This document shows, piece after piece, positions 28,508 through 41,924 of a DNA stretch of 64,000 bases. Position 1 is the first letter of the stretch. Each line of letters opens with the position of its first letter. The notes under the pieces are model-generated. The model was not told the DNA's origin and did no database searches. It saw nothing but the letters and a program-made list of their open reading frames with translations. The translations under genes were made by a program, and so were the position numbers. The stretch is from Phoronis australis (taxonomy: Eukaryota > Animalia > Phoronida). The stretch spans positions 158,762 to 222,761 of the forward strand of contig NMRA01000581.1 in the NCBI GenBank assembly GCA_002633005.1. The letters are read 5' to 3'.

Positions 28508-29378
28508 CTCTAGACCTTTAAACACGGAGCTTCAAACTAATGATAAATGACAAAATATGTACTACTACGTAATTGAGCCTTTACAACTGTAATCTTGAAC
28601 ACTTTAACAATTAGAAGTAATCAGTAATTTTGTAATAGAAGACGTAAGGCAGGTAAATGTCACTTGTATATTCGCTTTCAATCGCAGTCTGTTTCTGCAC
28701 CAGCAAATGCCGGAATCAGAAAGAGGTCAAAGAGCTACAACCGGTAATACGCTATCTGGGCGCTAGATGTCGCGAGAGTAAAAAAGGTTATTTTGCGACT
28801 GGAGCGCGTTTGCGTTCGTTCAGACATTTTTCTCGCCGTGTTGCCGATCATACATGTAGATGGCACGATGTTGCACAGATTTGTACTTAGACGCCGTTAA
28901 TCCAGACTCCACGGGAACTTAAAAATCTTAGATACGCTACTTATAAAACTTAATAGGGATTTCAGGTAATGTGCTTGAGTCGAATCCATTTTTATTCAAG
29001 CATTGAAGTCGACATATCGAAGACGGCGATTTCGAGGCAGTCAGTCGGCGAGTTTTCGCCCTGGGATTTCGTCACAATTTTCTGTAAAATGACCGTAATT
29101 TAGCAGCAAAGTTTGCTAGCAATGCACCACAGTTTTGCTGAAAGTCTTTCATAGATTACATATACGTCACAGAGCGAAAATTTGATGAATCTTAGCTTCC
29201 GATTTCACGCGTTTCGGAGACCAGGTTTCAACCGCCTTGGGTTATAATAAGACCCCCCCCCCTGAACCGAACTTTTCTAAGCGCCCTGGGCGGTTATTAC
29301 GGCGAATACGGTATGCCGATACGCTAACAGAACTGGCGTAGCGAGCCTCATTTTGGAACGCGCCTCCTGTCGGCGTGA

Positions 29379-29590
29379 GTTAGGTCTATATGGTTTTGTC
29401 GACCTCCTAGAGAGCCCGAAATGCTTAGGAAGTGGCTCGCAGTAGTGGAGAATGAAAAGTACGCTGTATGTAATAGCAAGTATGAGACCGTGAAAAATCT
29501 CCGTGTCTGTTACCGGCATTTCGTCGATAGTAATTTCTCTGACGAATTCCGGCTTACGAAAGAACTGTCCATAGGTTCCGTTGTCTGTGC
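29379..29590 (+). pseudogene. Decayed THAP-like zinc-finger fragment
   Basis: SIWFCRPPREPEMLRKWLAVVENEKY...NLRVCYRHFVDSNF...LSIGSV: THAP P...W...VC-x-x-HF pattern without the N-terminal Cys pair. Confidence 0.6.
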
Positions 29591-32484
29591 ATGTTCACGG
29601 CGCCTCTCTAGTATTTCTTTATCAGTGCATTCCGGTTCGAACTAATAACCTGTGAAACACAACGATCCGACCCGTGAAGTCTTCGTCGGATGAGTTCTCG
29701 ACTAAGTCGGGATTGGAGCAGGGCCAGTTGCCTGTAGACGTTTATTATCTTGCGTTCTGTTTCAAAATGAGTTATTCTCACCCTAACCAATCCTTCTATA
29801 AAATTGATACAAAGTTTGTCTCATTAGATACAGTTTGTAATGCCTTTGGGGTATTCGTGAGTGCAAATGAATAAACCACTGCCACCGGCTTTATATGCAG
29901 TAAAGGTAATGGACCAGACACCGAGGCCGTGTGAGCAAATGCTAATTCACTGCTTGCTGACAGAAAGCTGTTGCGAAACAATAACTCGATCTTATACATG
30001 TATGCCATGGTCACATGTTAGGAGAATCTTTATTTAGATATGCAAATACATTATTCAAATCATTGTTACTGTACAACCATTGCACTGACGGTTCTGCGGA
30101 ATCATAAGGGGAACCTGACTCCGTGGCCCCCAACAAGTAAGTAGATTTTCATTTTCGTGGCTAATTCACCTAAATAATTACGTGCATATTATTTCTTTGG
30201 CTCACTATTATAGTCTTTTCTTGACTGGAGGTTTAGTTTCCAACTTAAGTTGGTTTATTCGGGACAAATAAAACAACAAGAATAATATATATTTTAAGTT
30301 ACATTGGGAATTTCAGGGTCACAGCTCTACAAATACATATTTCAAAGAAGGAACCAGATGGATTCCTTAATTACAAGAGATAACACGCACATACCCGATA
30401 CCCAAAGTGCAATTGAGTATCGGATACTAAGTGACACAGGTTAGCATAGTACTGACCAAATGGGTACATAATACCAAATGGGTATTGGCCGATTGCCTAA
30501 AAACTGGGTCGAGCAAAATGGCAAATTCAATAACAAGTACCAAGTGGGTACAAACTGTCAAATGGGAAAATATCATATAAAGTACCAAGCGGGTACACCA
30601 AACAGCCAACTGGGATATAACAACCTGCAAAGAAGGTTCCGGACAAGCTGAGTGAGCAGACTAGCCGGAGTGATAAAAAGATATTGTAAGGAACGTGGTG
30701 TTGGGCTGGGTTGTTCATGGATAAACAATCCTGTCCACCGCCATGATGTTCGTGATGTCCAGTCCCGGCGGCCGCAACGGGCCTGATCGGGTTCCGAGCC
30801 ACTGCCGGGTAGTACAACACACAGCTATGTTCCCCGTCTGTATTTCACGTAAGAATGATTTGAATTTATCACCAAACAGACCCAAACTCCAGCGATCGAC
30901 CAGGGTAAATATTGGCTTACCGAGCTCTGTAGGCTGCGGTACGTTCAAACACTGACCTGTAAGTCCCGTGAAATAAAACAACACGTTTGTTCGAGAATTC
31001 GATGTATTTGTAAGGGGTTTACATCGAATTTTGATGATTTATTGGTATAAAACGATGAATTCAAGCGATAAGTTGACAACAGTAAGCATGTTGTGAACGG
31101 CTGAACAGACTACGTTCAAACCGATTATGCCATTGATTAATTTCAACACCTCCATCTGCCGTTAGGTGTCAGGTAAAACAACAGTAACTGAACTTGCTGT
31201 TATCGAATGGAACTAAGCGATCTGAATTGATATAAAATAATAAAATAGGTTGTTTTTGAGTGGCAACCTCCTTTAATGACTGTAATGTATTTTAACACTA
31301 GGTCATTGGGAAAGATTCACTTTCTTTACAATCACTAAAACTCCGCCGTTCTTTCAACCGAATTGCATGAGAGTCATATCATTAGAAAGCTCTTTTCGAG
31401 CTCACGTGTATGACTAAACAAGAAAAACATAAATAAGTCAATTTATAAATAATCCTTAGTTTGCATGACTGACCTGATAAACAAATATCTTTTTATTCTA
31501 TAAATCAAGATGGTTGCCAAAATGCGAAAAATAACAATAATCCAATAATGAAACCCTTCATTTACTAATTGGTTTCACTAATTAGGCACTTAGTTAACTT
31601 GTGATGTCATTAAATTTAGGAAATGGTAATAACATAAAACAATAAACTTTAGAAGTAGACATTGTATAAATGACTAATTTATGTAATGAGGAAATAAAGG
31701 TTTTAAAGATTCAAAAGATTGCTAACGAATAAAGACAAAGATTTTAGAATGTGTATCCCTCACAGTTGCTGTGAAGAATTTAGTCAGAAATTCATCCAAA
31801 ATTGAACATATTTTAATTGGACCAATGGTGCTGTTTGGTGGAACTATATCCTTCAGTAAAATTCCAGATACGACGACATTTACAAAAAATGACAAAATTT
31901 ATTATTCCATTAGCCTAGCAAAATTCTTACTCCAAGATATGAGTCGAGATTTGCAGATAAGGGTTTCTGAGACATAGAGATAAAAATGGAAAAGAATTTG
32001 TTGACTTTGTGTAGCTTTTAAATTCACTGTGGACAGCTCATTACATTGTTTGGAGTTTAGTGTTTTACATGCAATTTTAGCAAGAATTTCATTTCTTTAC
32101 AAACTAAAAATTAGTGAGAGTAACACGCGTGCTGTGTGTCACCATCAATATGAGACACTGGAGCACAACTTTACCATTGCTATGTAAATTCGAATAAATT
32201 TCATAACAAAGAGATAACGTTATTTTGAACAACTGTTGTCTAGTTGTCAAGATCCGGGAACTGGGTTGAGAAGCGGGACATTAGGATTAAAAAAGGGACA
32301 TGCAAAATTGAAAGGGTGACATGTTTGCCATCACAAACCAAATTGTCCCGGAAGCGTTTTTTTTTGTCAAACGCGAGATTATGCGAGCCATAACACCTAA
32401 AAGCACCTTACAGAGTTTTGTTTCTGTTTTTGTGTGGAACGAGAAAGTTTTGGCGCCGCAGAAGCTTAAGTTGCGCCGGACGTA

Positions 32485-32488
32485 TGTG

Positions 32489-32560
<72 letters not shown>
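32485..32560. repeat. Compound microsatellite (GCGT)n(GT)n
   Basis: Directly visible in the sequence. Confidence 0.95.
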
Positions 32561-32564
<4 letters not shown>

Positions 32565-34117
32565 ACAGGCTCTTAAAAGTAGCTCTGGGAGGTATTCTGC
32601 TGTTTAGCCGTCGAATTTAAGACCATTTGAACAATAAATCTCCTACATGTACATAAACATTGGTTTCTCAAAACGTGCAACCAATCGTTTGTTTTATTTG
32701 CACATGAAATTTCTTTTTCGTTAGTTTGTTTTCGAAAATTAACTGAGTTTTCCTAGTGCGGAATGTGATTAAGTTGATCTTCATTGAAATACCTCGATGC
32801 CTGATATCAGAATTTAAACACAGTTGTGTATGCCTACACATACCATTTACGTCTCCGACAGGTGTTGCACTAGTGGTAAAAGTAGAGGTAAGTAGGCGCC
32901 CAAAGCCCATCGTACCGCCGTCATTACTGAATTTTAAAAGGGCATTTAACTCAAAAAACCTGACTCACAAACATGTACATGTAAGCCTATTTTTCGACTG
33001 CAGTGGAGGATCTCGGATGTCGAAGAAACAGGATCCAACCACATACATTTGAAGACAAAGGTCCACGTGCATTCTAAGCGGTCTTAGAAGGGGGCCCATG
33101 CACAATTTTAATTGAAATAGGAGCTTAACGCCCAGAAACGATATGCTGGCGGCGACTTTAAGTCGCCCGTGGGGTGTGTCCCTCGGGCCCTTCGCCACCC
33201 TCTTTATCCACCTATAACGTGACACCATAATTCTTTCTTTATCGTGAAACATTAATAAAACATTCCATTCGAGCATATACGCGCGCCGAAATATTCGGCA
33301 ACAGTGCTGTCATCAGCGTAGTGCATTGATGCCGTAAGCTATCGTATTGAGACTACGCCTCACTATATACCGTCACTTACGGCGCGTAGACGCTACGTTA
33401 AAATGAAAAAAAGGTTGTTGGCTGCAACTATGTGCGCTTACGCCCCTTTATACCCTAACTTGCGGTGCATAAGCGCAACATCGAAAAGCAAAAAGGTGGT
33501 TCGCTTTGCCTACATGTACGTGCGCCTACGCCCCACTACAGCACGGTCTCGGACGTCCCGCTTCCGGAAGCGTTACGGCTGACGGATTGATGCATGTGCA
33601 ATCTGGGGTCAATGACGCACTGGTTGTGTTCGGAACATCGCACGGGTTGTTGGAGTTTTCTCACTCAATCCGGATCATTCCGCCTGGCTTTATCTTTAAT
33701 TGAGACATAACTCCACTCTCGACGTCTCAAAAGCCACTTACTTCCATTTTTATGGAACTTTGACCAGTTGTTTGTTTGAACTTTGCAACTAAGAGAAAAA
33801 CAAGGTAACTTTACTTCGGTGAATGATGCAATACAGTTCTAAAGGCGTAAGATGGGTATGCTCTTTAGAAAATGATTGATACAAAAAAGAACTCGCAAGT
33901 CGTGTTCACAATTTTATGCAGACAGAAAATTAAGGTGAGACTACAATGTTCATATTCTGGTAGGTGTTTGATGAAATGTGCGGATTTACCAAAAGGTTGC
34001 TCCTATGTACATGTACGCTTCGTGACACACAGTTGTTCAAGACAAGGACGAGTTTTGTCCTCTGATTGATAAACTTTCTCCATTAAGGACCAAACGAATA
34101 GCTCAAGAATTGGGCCA

Positions 34118-35450
34118 TGAAAAGTAAATCATCAAGCACGGTTGTTCTTTTAATATGTTTTAATTGCAAACTTAGTGCTGTGACTGTTGTTTAAAGAGAA
34201 TTTTTGTGAACTTTTGATAAAAAAGCATTCGTGAAAACAAAATAATGTGAAACCAGAGTGGTATGTATCAGGAAGTCCACAACCCGGATGTACTTGCAGC
34301 AGTTATGCTGCGAACTTCCAGATATAAAAATAAATTGTGAATATTAACTCTTGATGCATGTGGTGCTTTAATATTGTGACTGGACTTTGTTGAAAAGCTG
34401 TGCTTTGCTGACATTACATCATTTTTGTGGCGACTTTGTTGTGGTCATGTTTTTGTATAAAAAAATAAAATAACAAAAGTGTACTTCATCTAAATTAGGG
34501 CGCTAAGACTCCTGACTTTGAAGTTTTACAGCTCGAGTTTCCGCTTAACGGTTCTGTTTTCAGAGTCATCCTAGATTACAAAGTTGCAGTCGGTAAAATT
34601 TCCCTCCCAGTCGCAACGAGACAGAATATTGAAAGCGTTTGAAGTCACGTTGTGACCACATTCATGGACGGACTAGAGGGTTCCTTACGCACACAACCTT
34701 TTCCCTCCAAAACTACGTTTGTGTCTCCCCCTTACGGCATTCTAGATCGGCCATCGAAATGTGACGCAACATTGAGTAACCATAGTGTACAGCGTATTAA
34801 ATGCTCAATAATGCGGGGGCATGTCATTTCGTTTACTGTTCCAGGCTGAATGACCATTGGAATTCTGAAACAAAACTGGCAGGTGTCACCGAACTCCCCG
34901 ACTGTGTCACCGGCTCGTAGAACTCGTCCGTCTGAGCGTCTCATGGTGAAGAACGCGTTTAGCTGAGTCGTCACAATGTGCTGCTGAGGCGTAAACATTC
35001 TCAGGTTCCCTCTTACAAAATGTTCACAGGAAGCAATTACTGACATTAATCAATTTTCACTAGATAAGAATGGCAACTGATAATTCTATGAGACAGCCTA
35101 AACTGAAACCACGAACCTTCCCATCAATAGCAGAGTTCTCATAATAAGCAACATCAGGTTTAGCCAGGTATTTCTGTTTTCAGTTTTTAGGTCGCAAACA
35201 TTTAATTGAAGTGGAATTGCAGAAATGGGTTCTGTTCATAGCAAAAAAATTATCATGACATAGATTTCCCTCTCCCCCTTCCACCCTCCGTAGAACACGA
35301 CCAATAAAAACACCGCACCATGCTGGATTTAGGGAAGATGCGGTCACTTTTCCTTCAAAAATTGTGGCTGTGTTCCCATGCCACATCCTAAATAAGCCCG
35401 TAGGTCGTACACACAGTATGCCTTATCTGCCCTACAAATACCATTGCCCT
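34118..35450. mobile_element. Unclassified 1.3-kb segment absent from the paralogous site at about 6582
   Basis: The flanks 'caagaattg.gccat' and 'ttttaattgttatac' are contiguous in unit B; no clear TIR or TSD. Confidence 0.45.
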
Positions 35451-38281
35451 TTTATTTTTAATTGTTATACTAAACAATGTTAATAGTATATTGGCATGCA
35501 TTATTGCAAGCACCCTTTCGTGTTCAATTTTAGTTATTAAACTTACGTCGTCAAATAATAATATACACTTTGGTTAGCTTTGAAAATATGTATTGTTTGC
35601 TTTTTAACTGTTCGAAAACTTGATTCCCCTCAGTGCTAGTCCGAAAGAGGCTTTTTGTAGTGCGGGCCAAAGCCTTTTTGAAATCAAACAAATCAAGTTA
35701 ATGGTTTTATTGATGAACACGTGAACCCTCTACAACGCATAGTGGTCGACTGGACCCCTAACTGTACCAAAGCAGTCACTTGTTTTGTTTGTAACCAACC
35801 CTTCATCGGACGTTTGACAACCACCGACTATCTTCCACTCATAGTTTATGGTTATTCTCGTCAGCCATATTGTGACGCAGAATTAGTACTTCATGTTTTA
35901 ACCAACACATCAACATTTGATATTGGTTAGTAGCGAAATTCGATGAAGCCTATCAAGGATGCAGAGCCCAGACACAATTTTGAAGGAAAATTGACCCCAC
36001 CATCCCTAAAACCGGCATGCTGTGTTTTTATTGGTCGTATTCTGTGAAGGGGGAGGAGGGGGGGGGGCGCTTGAGTCATGATTATTTTGTATTTTACAAT
36101 GAAACTAATCCATTGCCAAGTCTGTACAGGAGTTGACGATGAACGGTGTGAAAACAGTAGTTGACAAGCAGTAGAGAGTGACCTGTAAGCACTTAGACAA
36201 GGGCTATAAATTATTTTATGGTTCCTTGTGATTTACGTAGGTCTAGACAGACGCTGAGTGTCCCAATGCCCACAGTAGTTGAATTGAACTACACGCTAAT
36301 GTGTGTAATTTAGAGGTAAAATTTTCTTTTTGATAAATGTTTCACTAAATGCCCTACTGTCATTGTTGATTTTTGAGAAACTTTAACTGCAGTCCCTATA
36401 GACGTACAGACTTAATGGATCACAAATAGATAAAACTGACGAATAAGGTTGCCTGGAAAGTTGACGTTATCTAACCTCAGATTTTTGGAAGGTGTGACTG
36501 GGAGTTTTTTCAAATGTAGTTTTAATTTGCGATAGTATATTCGTGCGTCAGAAATGCGGTTTGAGTTTAAAGTCAAACATTCAAACAACGACTTGTTAAG
36601 GTTCTTTGGTTGACTTAAGGTTTAAACGTAACTTTATTCGTAGTTTGTCGACACAACTTGTTACACAAATAAACCAGAAAATTTTATTAACATAACGCAA
36701 ATCAATGACAACAGAAACAACAGTTTGATAATTTCAGGCAAATATTTAAACTGTAATTCAATGAATTTAATATATTTGATGATAGAATGCCGAACTTACT
36801 CGAATTTGTCAACATCGATTATTTTTTCAAAACAACGTTTCAATGTGCCTGAAGTTGCTCGGCTCGAGTTTGGAGAAAAAAACTCCAGAAATCCAAGTTT
36901 AAATGAATTGTTGTGATGTGCATTGAAACTAATTGTCACCGCCCATTCGATTACAATCTCCAAAAGTGGCGTGCCCAGTGCATTTTCAGGCAATAATCGC
37001 TGAAAGTTCAATCAATTTCCCCTCAAAACTAACAAACTTTAGCTTCTAAACAATTCAAGCGCAACCAAGAATGGCGAAAACAAGATATCATCACCTTTAA
37101 TCCAAAGACTTGAAACGAACACCTGGACACATGACCACCAAAGTTAACATAAATTATTCTTACACAATCCTGTTTTAAGTAGATTTTTAAATATTTTTGC
37201 TTCACATTAGCACCCTATGGGAGATCAGTTGAACAATGAACAGGTTTTATCCTGCCAAATAAACATGTCATATTAAAGTTTAGTCAAGACTCGACTCAGA
37301 AATTGACCAATCACACTCCATGAAAACTGGTAGTTACCGGGCCGCGTTGTCAAAATACATCAGATAGAGAACTGCTGATATATTTATAGTAATGAAGTAA
37401 ACAATATTTTTCCTTGAATAACCTTGCATAAATACACAAAACGTACCGAGAATGGCCTACATGAAATAATATACCACGGTCTCGGTCGATACGCGGAATA
37501 ATGTCTCGTGGGGTATTACTTCATGTACGCCAATCGAGGTACGTTTTGTATTTATCCCATACGCTTCGAATTCCTAAGTTTCTTAATTTTTTTCCGCAGA
37601 TTTTTTAACTACTTCACTCAATCTGTTCACGTGGCGGATCACACCCCATATGTATGTTCTTGTGCGTTAGATTGCAAGTTTTCTCTAGTAAAAGAAATAA
37701 TTTCAATGTGATGATTTATTACTTGAAAAGAGATAACAAAAATGAAAACACTAACTTTGCACTGAACTTCTAACATCTCCTGATAAAATAGTTAAATAAC
37801 AACCTTTGATATTGTAGTTACCGAAGAATCGGCGACTGAGTTGCAGACGATATAATATTTAGCAAATGAAAACTGAGACAGAACTGTCATATAATTAACC
37901 GTCCTGTTCCAGATGTTACGATTGGGCCTTTATTGCATGTTGGGTGTTATTTACACTGCAACAGTTGTATTACTTAAATTATTTTCCGAACGTTTGAAGA
38001 TCTAACCAGCTATCGACGTCGAGTCGACATTGCCCTACCTTTTGAACTTTCCACGTCAGAGGTCAATGTTGAAGAAGTACGAGAGATGAATAGAGAAAAA
38101 GTATTACATGCCCGTATTTCCCTCTACAGATTCAACGCGTATAGGATCAATTCATCTCCTTCAAACAATCTTGGTTGAATTCTATAAACGCAAGAATATA
38201 AACATTATTCACGTAATTAAAATTCCCGATTCTGTGAGTGTAGAAAAACACTAAGGTTCTGTGGATTACTGAGAAAGGACC

Positions 38282-41200
38282 TCATGGAAACTGTTTGGTA
38301 GAACATTCCGTTTCTTCAGAGGTTACAGTTAGGCTTTCACAATTTCGGTTTCCGGTTGTTTTATGTCTGCTGCCACGCCAACATCCGGCAGAGTACAAAA
38401 GCAAAGCAACGAAAGTTGCAGACGCCATAGAAACAAAAAGAAAATATATAGTATGCTGGGCACTATGATTTTGAAGCAAATATCCAACAATTAACTGAGT
38501 GGTTAACCCACCCATGGCTACAAATACGTCAGCGAGGGACGTCAGAACGCTGGTGACTTCAATGTAATGGTTTACAAAGGCTAGTCCTCCCGGAAATACG
38601 GGTCCGTACAGAAAAGCAGTAGAAATCATGACGCCCCATAAGTGGTATGTACTGTTTACCCCCACGTAACAAAAACTGGCAGCGAAAATTGTTGTACCAA
38701 GAAGAAACGGTAGCAACAGATACTGTACAGGAATACGAAAAGTTGCAATGGACATGAAAACCCGGCCGATAGAAAGTGCGAGGCTTTGCATGGCGTCCAG
38801 CCACGCGGCGTCTTGCTTTGTTAGTTTCAAGTTGCTCTCGACTGCATACGTCAACATGTAGGTCAGAATGGTTTCATCCGCACATTTGCAACTAAATAAA
38901 TAAAGAATTAAACAACAGCACATGAAGCTGCCATAGACACAGTTTCCGTCTGCGCACGAGCCCGGATATAAAAGATTTCTTAACGAAGTTGAATCACCGC
39001 GAGATCCAAGAGGCTTCCACGTCTTTTTTCCTGGTTTCTTGATTTGCAGCAACGCGCAACCAATAGACGGAAATAAAAGTGTCCCTGCAATAATAGAATA
39101 CGGTATTTCGATACGCGATGGTTTCCCGTATTCGGTGCTGTTGTTTGTGAAAACAGTGTTGGTGCCATTATTGCTGGTGTTGTGGATTGTGCCAAGAAAT
39201 GGTGACGCAATGAACGGAACGAGAACCATGGTAAAGGCTGATGTAGCGTACGCGGCATTCACAACTGTGCTGGCTCTTGTTGTCCAGTTATTCAACAATA
39301 TGAAGTTTCCCACTGAAAATCAACAAGAACTTTTAGTGAGTTTAGTTGACAGGTAATAACAATGCCAATAGGTCAACTATTACTAAACAACAATAATGGT
39401 GATATAACAGTAAAAGTATTATGACCAATATTATCATCATCGTCGACTGGAATAGGCACTATTTCTTTTATGTTGCTTGAAAAGGAATTTTACGATTTAT
39501 CATGAGAAAATTGTACTATGAGGTGACCAGAACCAGACGACCAGTTTGCAGATATTTTAAAGCGTTATTCAAGTCCGTGGCAGTGTTACTAAAATGAAGC
39601 CGAAATCGCAAACTTCAAACTGTAGAGTGCTTGTCAGCAGTCGACACAGGCGAAAATGTAAGCTCGAAAATACTAGTGATTGCTTATTATAGCATGCTCA
39701 ATCGATGAAAAGTTGTACATTTCCGTGTGAGGTTATTACGTACATTATACTGTCGTACATGTACTTAAAATGACGAATTGTATGGAATAAGCGCCCATTA
39801 TAGTGGGTTAGTTGACGTAAATAACGATATGAGATATGATCTCCGAGAGAACACTGTAACTGATTGGGACCGCGTCACTGACCTGTCGGTGATATGACAA
39901 GGTCAGTGCGGCTACAGAAAAACTAACAATCTGCCAAAATGAGTGACATACCAATCGTTCTACGATCACCCAAGTCAATAATTCGTTGGTGTCGCGATCG
40001 CAAAGTTGAACAACTGAGTATTGGCCATCACAATTTCATTTTTCAATTTGGTATTGAAAATGGAATTCTTAATGGTTAGTTGATATTTTATATTTCCAAA
40101 TTCATATTCAAAACGAAAATTGAAAATTGAAACATGGATACGTTTCCAAATGGAATAAATTAATTTAAATAATAAATCGTCTATAATGTTTTTGACTCTT
40201 AACTGTTGTTTCATATTTCTATTCAAATTGAATCTTGGAATTGGAAACCAACACATGGTGTTCAATCCCACGAAAATTTTTTGTTAGCAAAGAAGGCTTT
40301 AACATATAATATTCTGATAATCGTAACACCTTCCGATTTGTTAAAGGAAACGAAGCAGTTACTCAACTGTTTTCATCACGAGATTTAATTTTTCATTACC
40401 CTAGCAGACGTCACCATTTAAAACTGCGTATCGCTCTCTCAAGTTTGCAAAATAGAAAGAACTCGAATTAGTCCTTTTACTCTAAATAAATGGTCTCACA
40501 ATATTCATTGCCGTGTCACGTTTCTTGCAATGGGACACATTTTTACGTTTGAAGAAGAGGTAACTATAAGGAAGGGTCCTAGTAGACCCTGCCAAAATGC
40601 TCACATGGCCAGTCCGCCCACGCTGAAACCTGGGACCCTAAGTACATGTATGCCTGACAGCCTCGGGACCGGGCATAATACATCTGCCACTGACTACACT
40701 TGAAATTAGATCGCTTAAAGTTTTGATATTAAATAATCCTTGTCAATCTTCAAATTGCAGAAATAAGTTTGAAAACGTCATACAAGGTCTTCCAGCAAAA
40801 ACATGATCACGACAATGATAACGACAATGACAATAATGATGATGATGATGATGACGACCACTACGACGATTGCAAAGAACTTACTAGACATGATTCCACC
40901 CAAGGCCATTCCTTGCACAAAGTATAGGGCACCAAACAAATCGACGTTCCGCACCCATGGTATCATAAAGGTACTGCCACCATAAACTAGCGATATGACG
41001 CTCAGTCCCATGTCGTCATAGTTTGGAAATCTTCCCAACAAATATCCCGTCATCAAAGATCCAACCACTCTGCCGGGATGTAATAGAGAGATGGCCTAAA
41101 ACGTACACAATTTCATGTCCTTGATGACATATTCTGAATATAAAAAAATAAAATCAAACGTTAGCGTTTTAAGAAAGTTGCGTTCTCACAGTCCACATGA

Positions 41201-41862
41201 GTTACATGTAGTTAACCGTGATATTGACATTTTGAGGGAAGAAGACGCATTCGTAACGAAAATTTGTGTTCTCAAATAGAAACAAAGTGTCTTGATGACA
41301 AAACTTTAGCCTATAGCTGTTTAAGGTATATGCACCAGGTAATGGATTCTGTCTTCAGAAGCTCCAAATCAAACAGATAACACCAAAACTGACATTTTCA
41401 ATATTGATCATTAAATATAACCGTAACATCAAAGTCAATCAAGCTTACCAGTGAAATATCTTCATAATTCGATTGTAATCCTTCAACAAGGTCTATCATT
41501 GTCGTGCCAAGTAACTTCGACACCATATACTTAAAGAAAATACAGTATGCTTCAATTGCAATGTTTTACTGAGATTATATAAACATGTTCATTGACAAAT
41601 AAATACCCATACATTTCAAAGACTATTGGGCTACACTCTTCAAAATGGGAGATGCAAAAGGACTTTTTTGTTTTTTACAGTTTACGTGTTTGCGAAAATT
41701 GAAGCAACTCACTGAGAAAGAATAAACCATAAAGATGAGAACAGTCCTAATGTAACGATAACTTTTCTCATTCATACGATTCCTGGACCCAACTTCATTC
41801 TCTTTTTCAGTGGACGGTTTGACGTTTCCGTTAATGTCTGCTGACGTCTGACAGTCCTCCAT
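38282..41862 (-). CDS. MFSD4/NaGLT1-family MFS transporter, copy C; exons 41862-41713, 41529-41449, 41095-40885, 39312-38282; 490 aa
   Basis: Same exon sizes and splice sites as A and B; 7 aa differences from B, all in exons 1-3. Confidence 0.9.
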
Positions 41863-41917
41863 ATCACCACTTCCGATGAAAATCGCCTCTCATTGTATTT
41901 TCATTCAACGTCTGCGC

Positions 41918-41924
41918 TTTTATA
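41918..41924 (-). promoter_or_regulatory. Candidate TATA box of copy C
   Basis: TATAAAA 56 nt upstream of the ATG. Confidence 0.5.

Larger units (their letters stand above)
22499..28815. mobile_element. 6.3-kb TIR element (P-like or MULE-like), no transposase recognised
   Basis: 66-bp inverted repeats (22504-22569 / 28750-28815, about 5 mismatches) flanked by the direct repeat TCGTTCAG (22491-22498 / 28816-28823). The left end starts CAAAG; the right end lacks those 5 nt. Confidence 0.65.
21561..29311. mobile_element. Tc2/pogo-type (Tc1/mariner superfamily) non-autonomous element, ~1.4 kb without its nested insert; left end also at 53677
   Basis: Perfect 25-bp TIR CCGTATTCGCCGTAATAACCGCCCA (21561-21585 / 29287-29311) flanked by TA on both sides. 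Confidence 0.85.
19934..31272. mobile_element. Kolobok-like non-autonomous DNA transposon (~3.6 kb without nested inserts); truncated paralog starts at 52067
   Basis: TTAA|AGGAGAATGCCACCC ... GAGTGGCAACCTCCT|TTAA (12/15 TIR match, TTAA on both sides, RR..YY ends), with THAP-like remnants inside. Confidence 0.65.
5791..33370. repeat. Segmental duplication unit B (3' flank + gene B + upstream region + nested TE block)
   Basis: 5791-24932 aligns collinearly with about 33374-59994 apart from TE indels; roughly 90-95% identity by eye. Confidence 0.9.

Noticed and set aside
32321-32620. ORF with a CVRA/CV repeat
   Set aside because: Translation of a microsatellite.
33351-33545. ~87-bp degenerate repeats (also 5791-5985) as a structured RNA or array
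   Set aside because: Only about 2.3 poorly conserved units with no tRNA or ncRNA signature; probably TE subterminal repeats.
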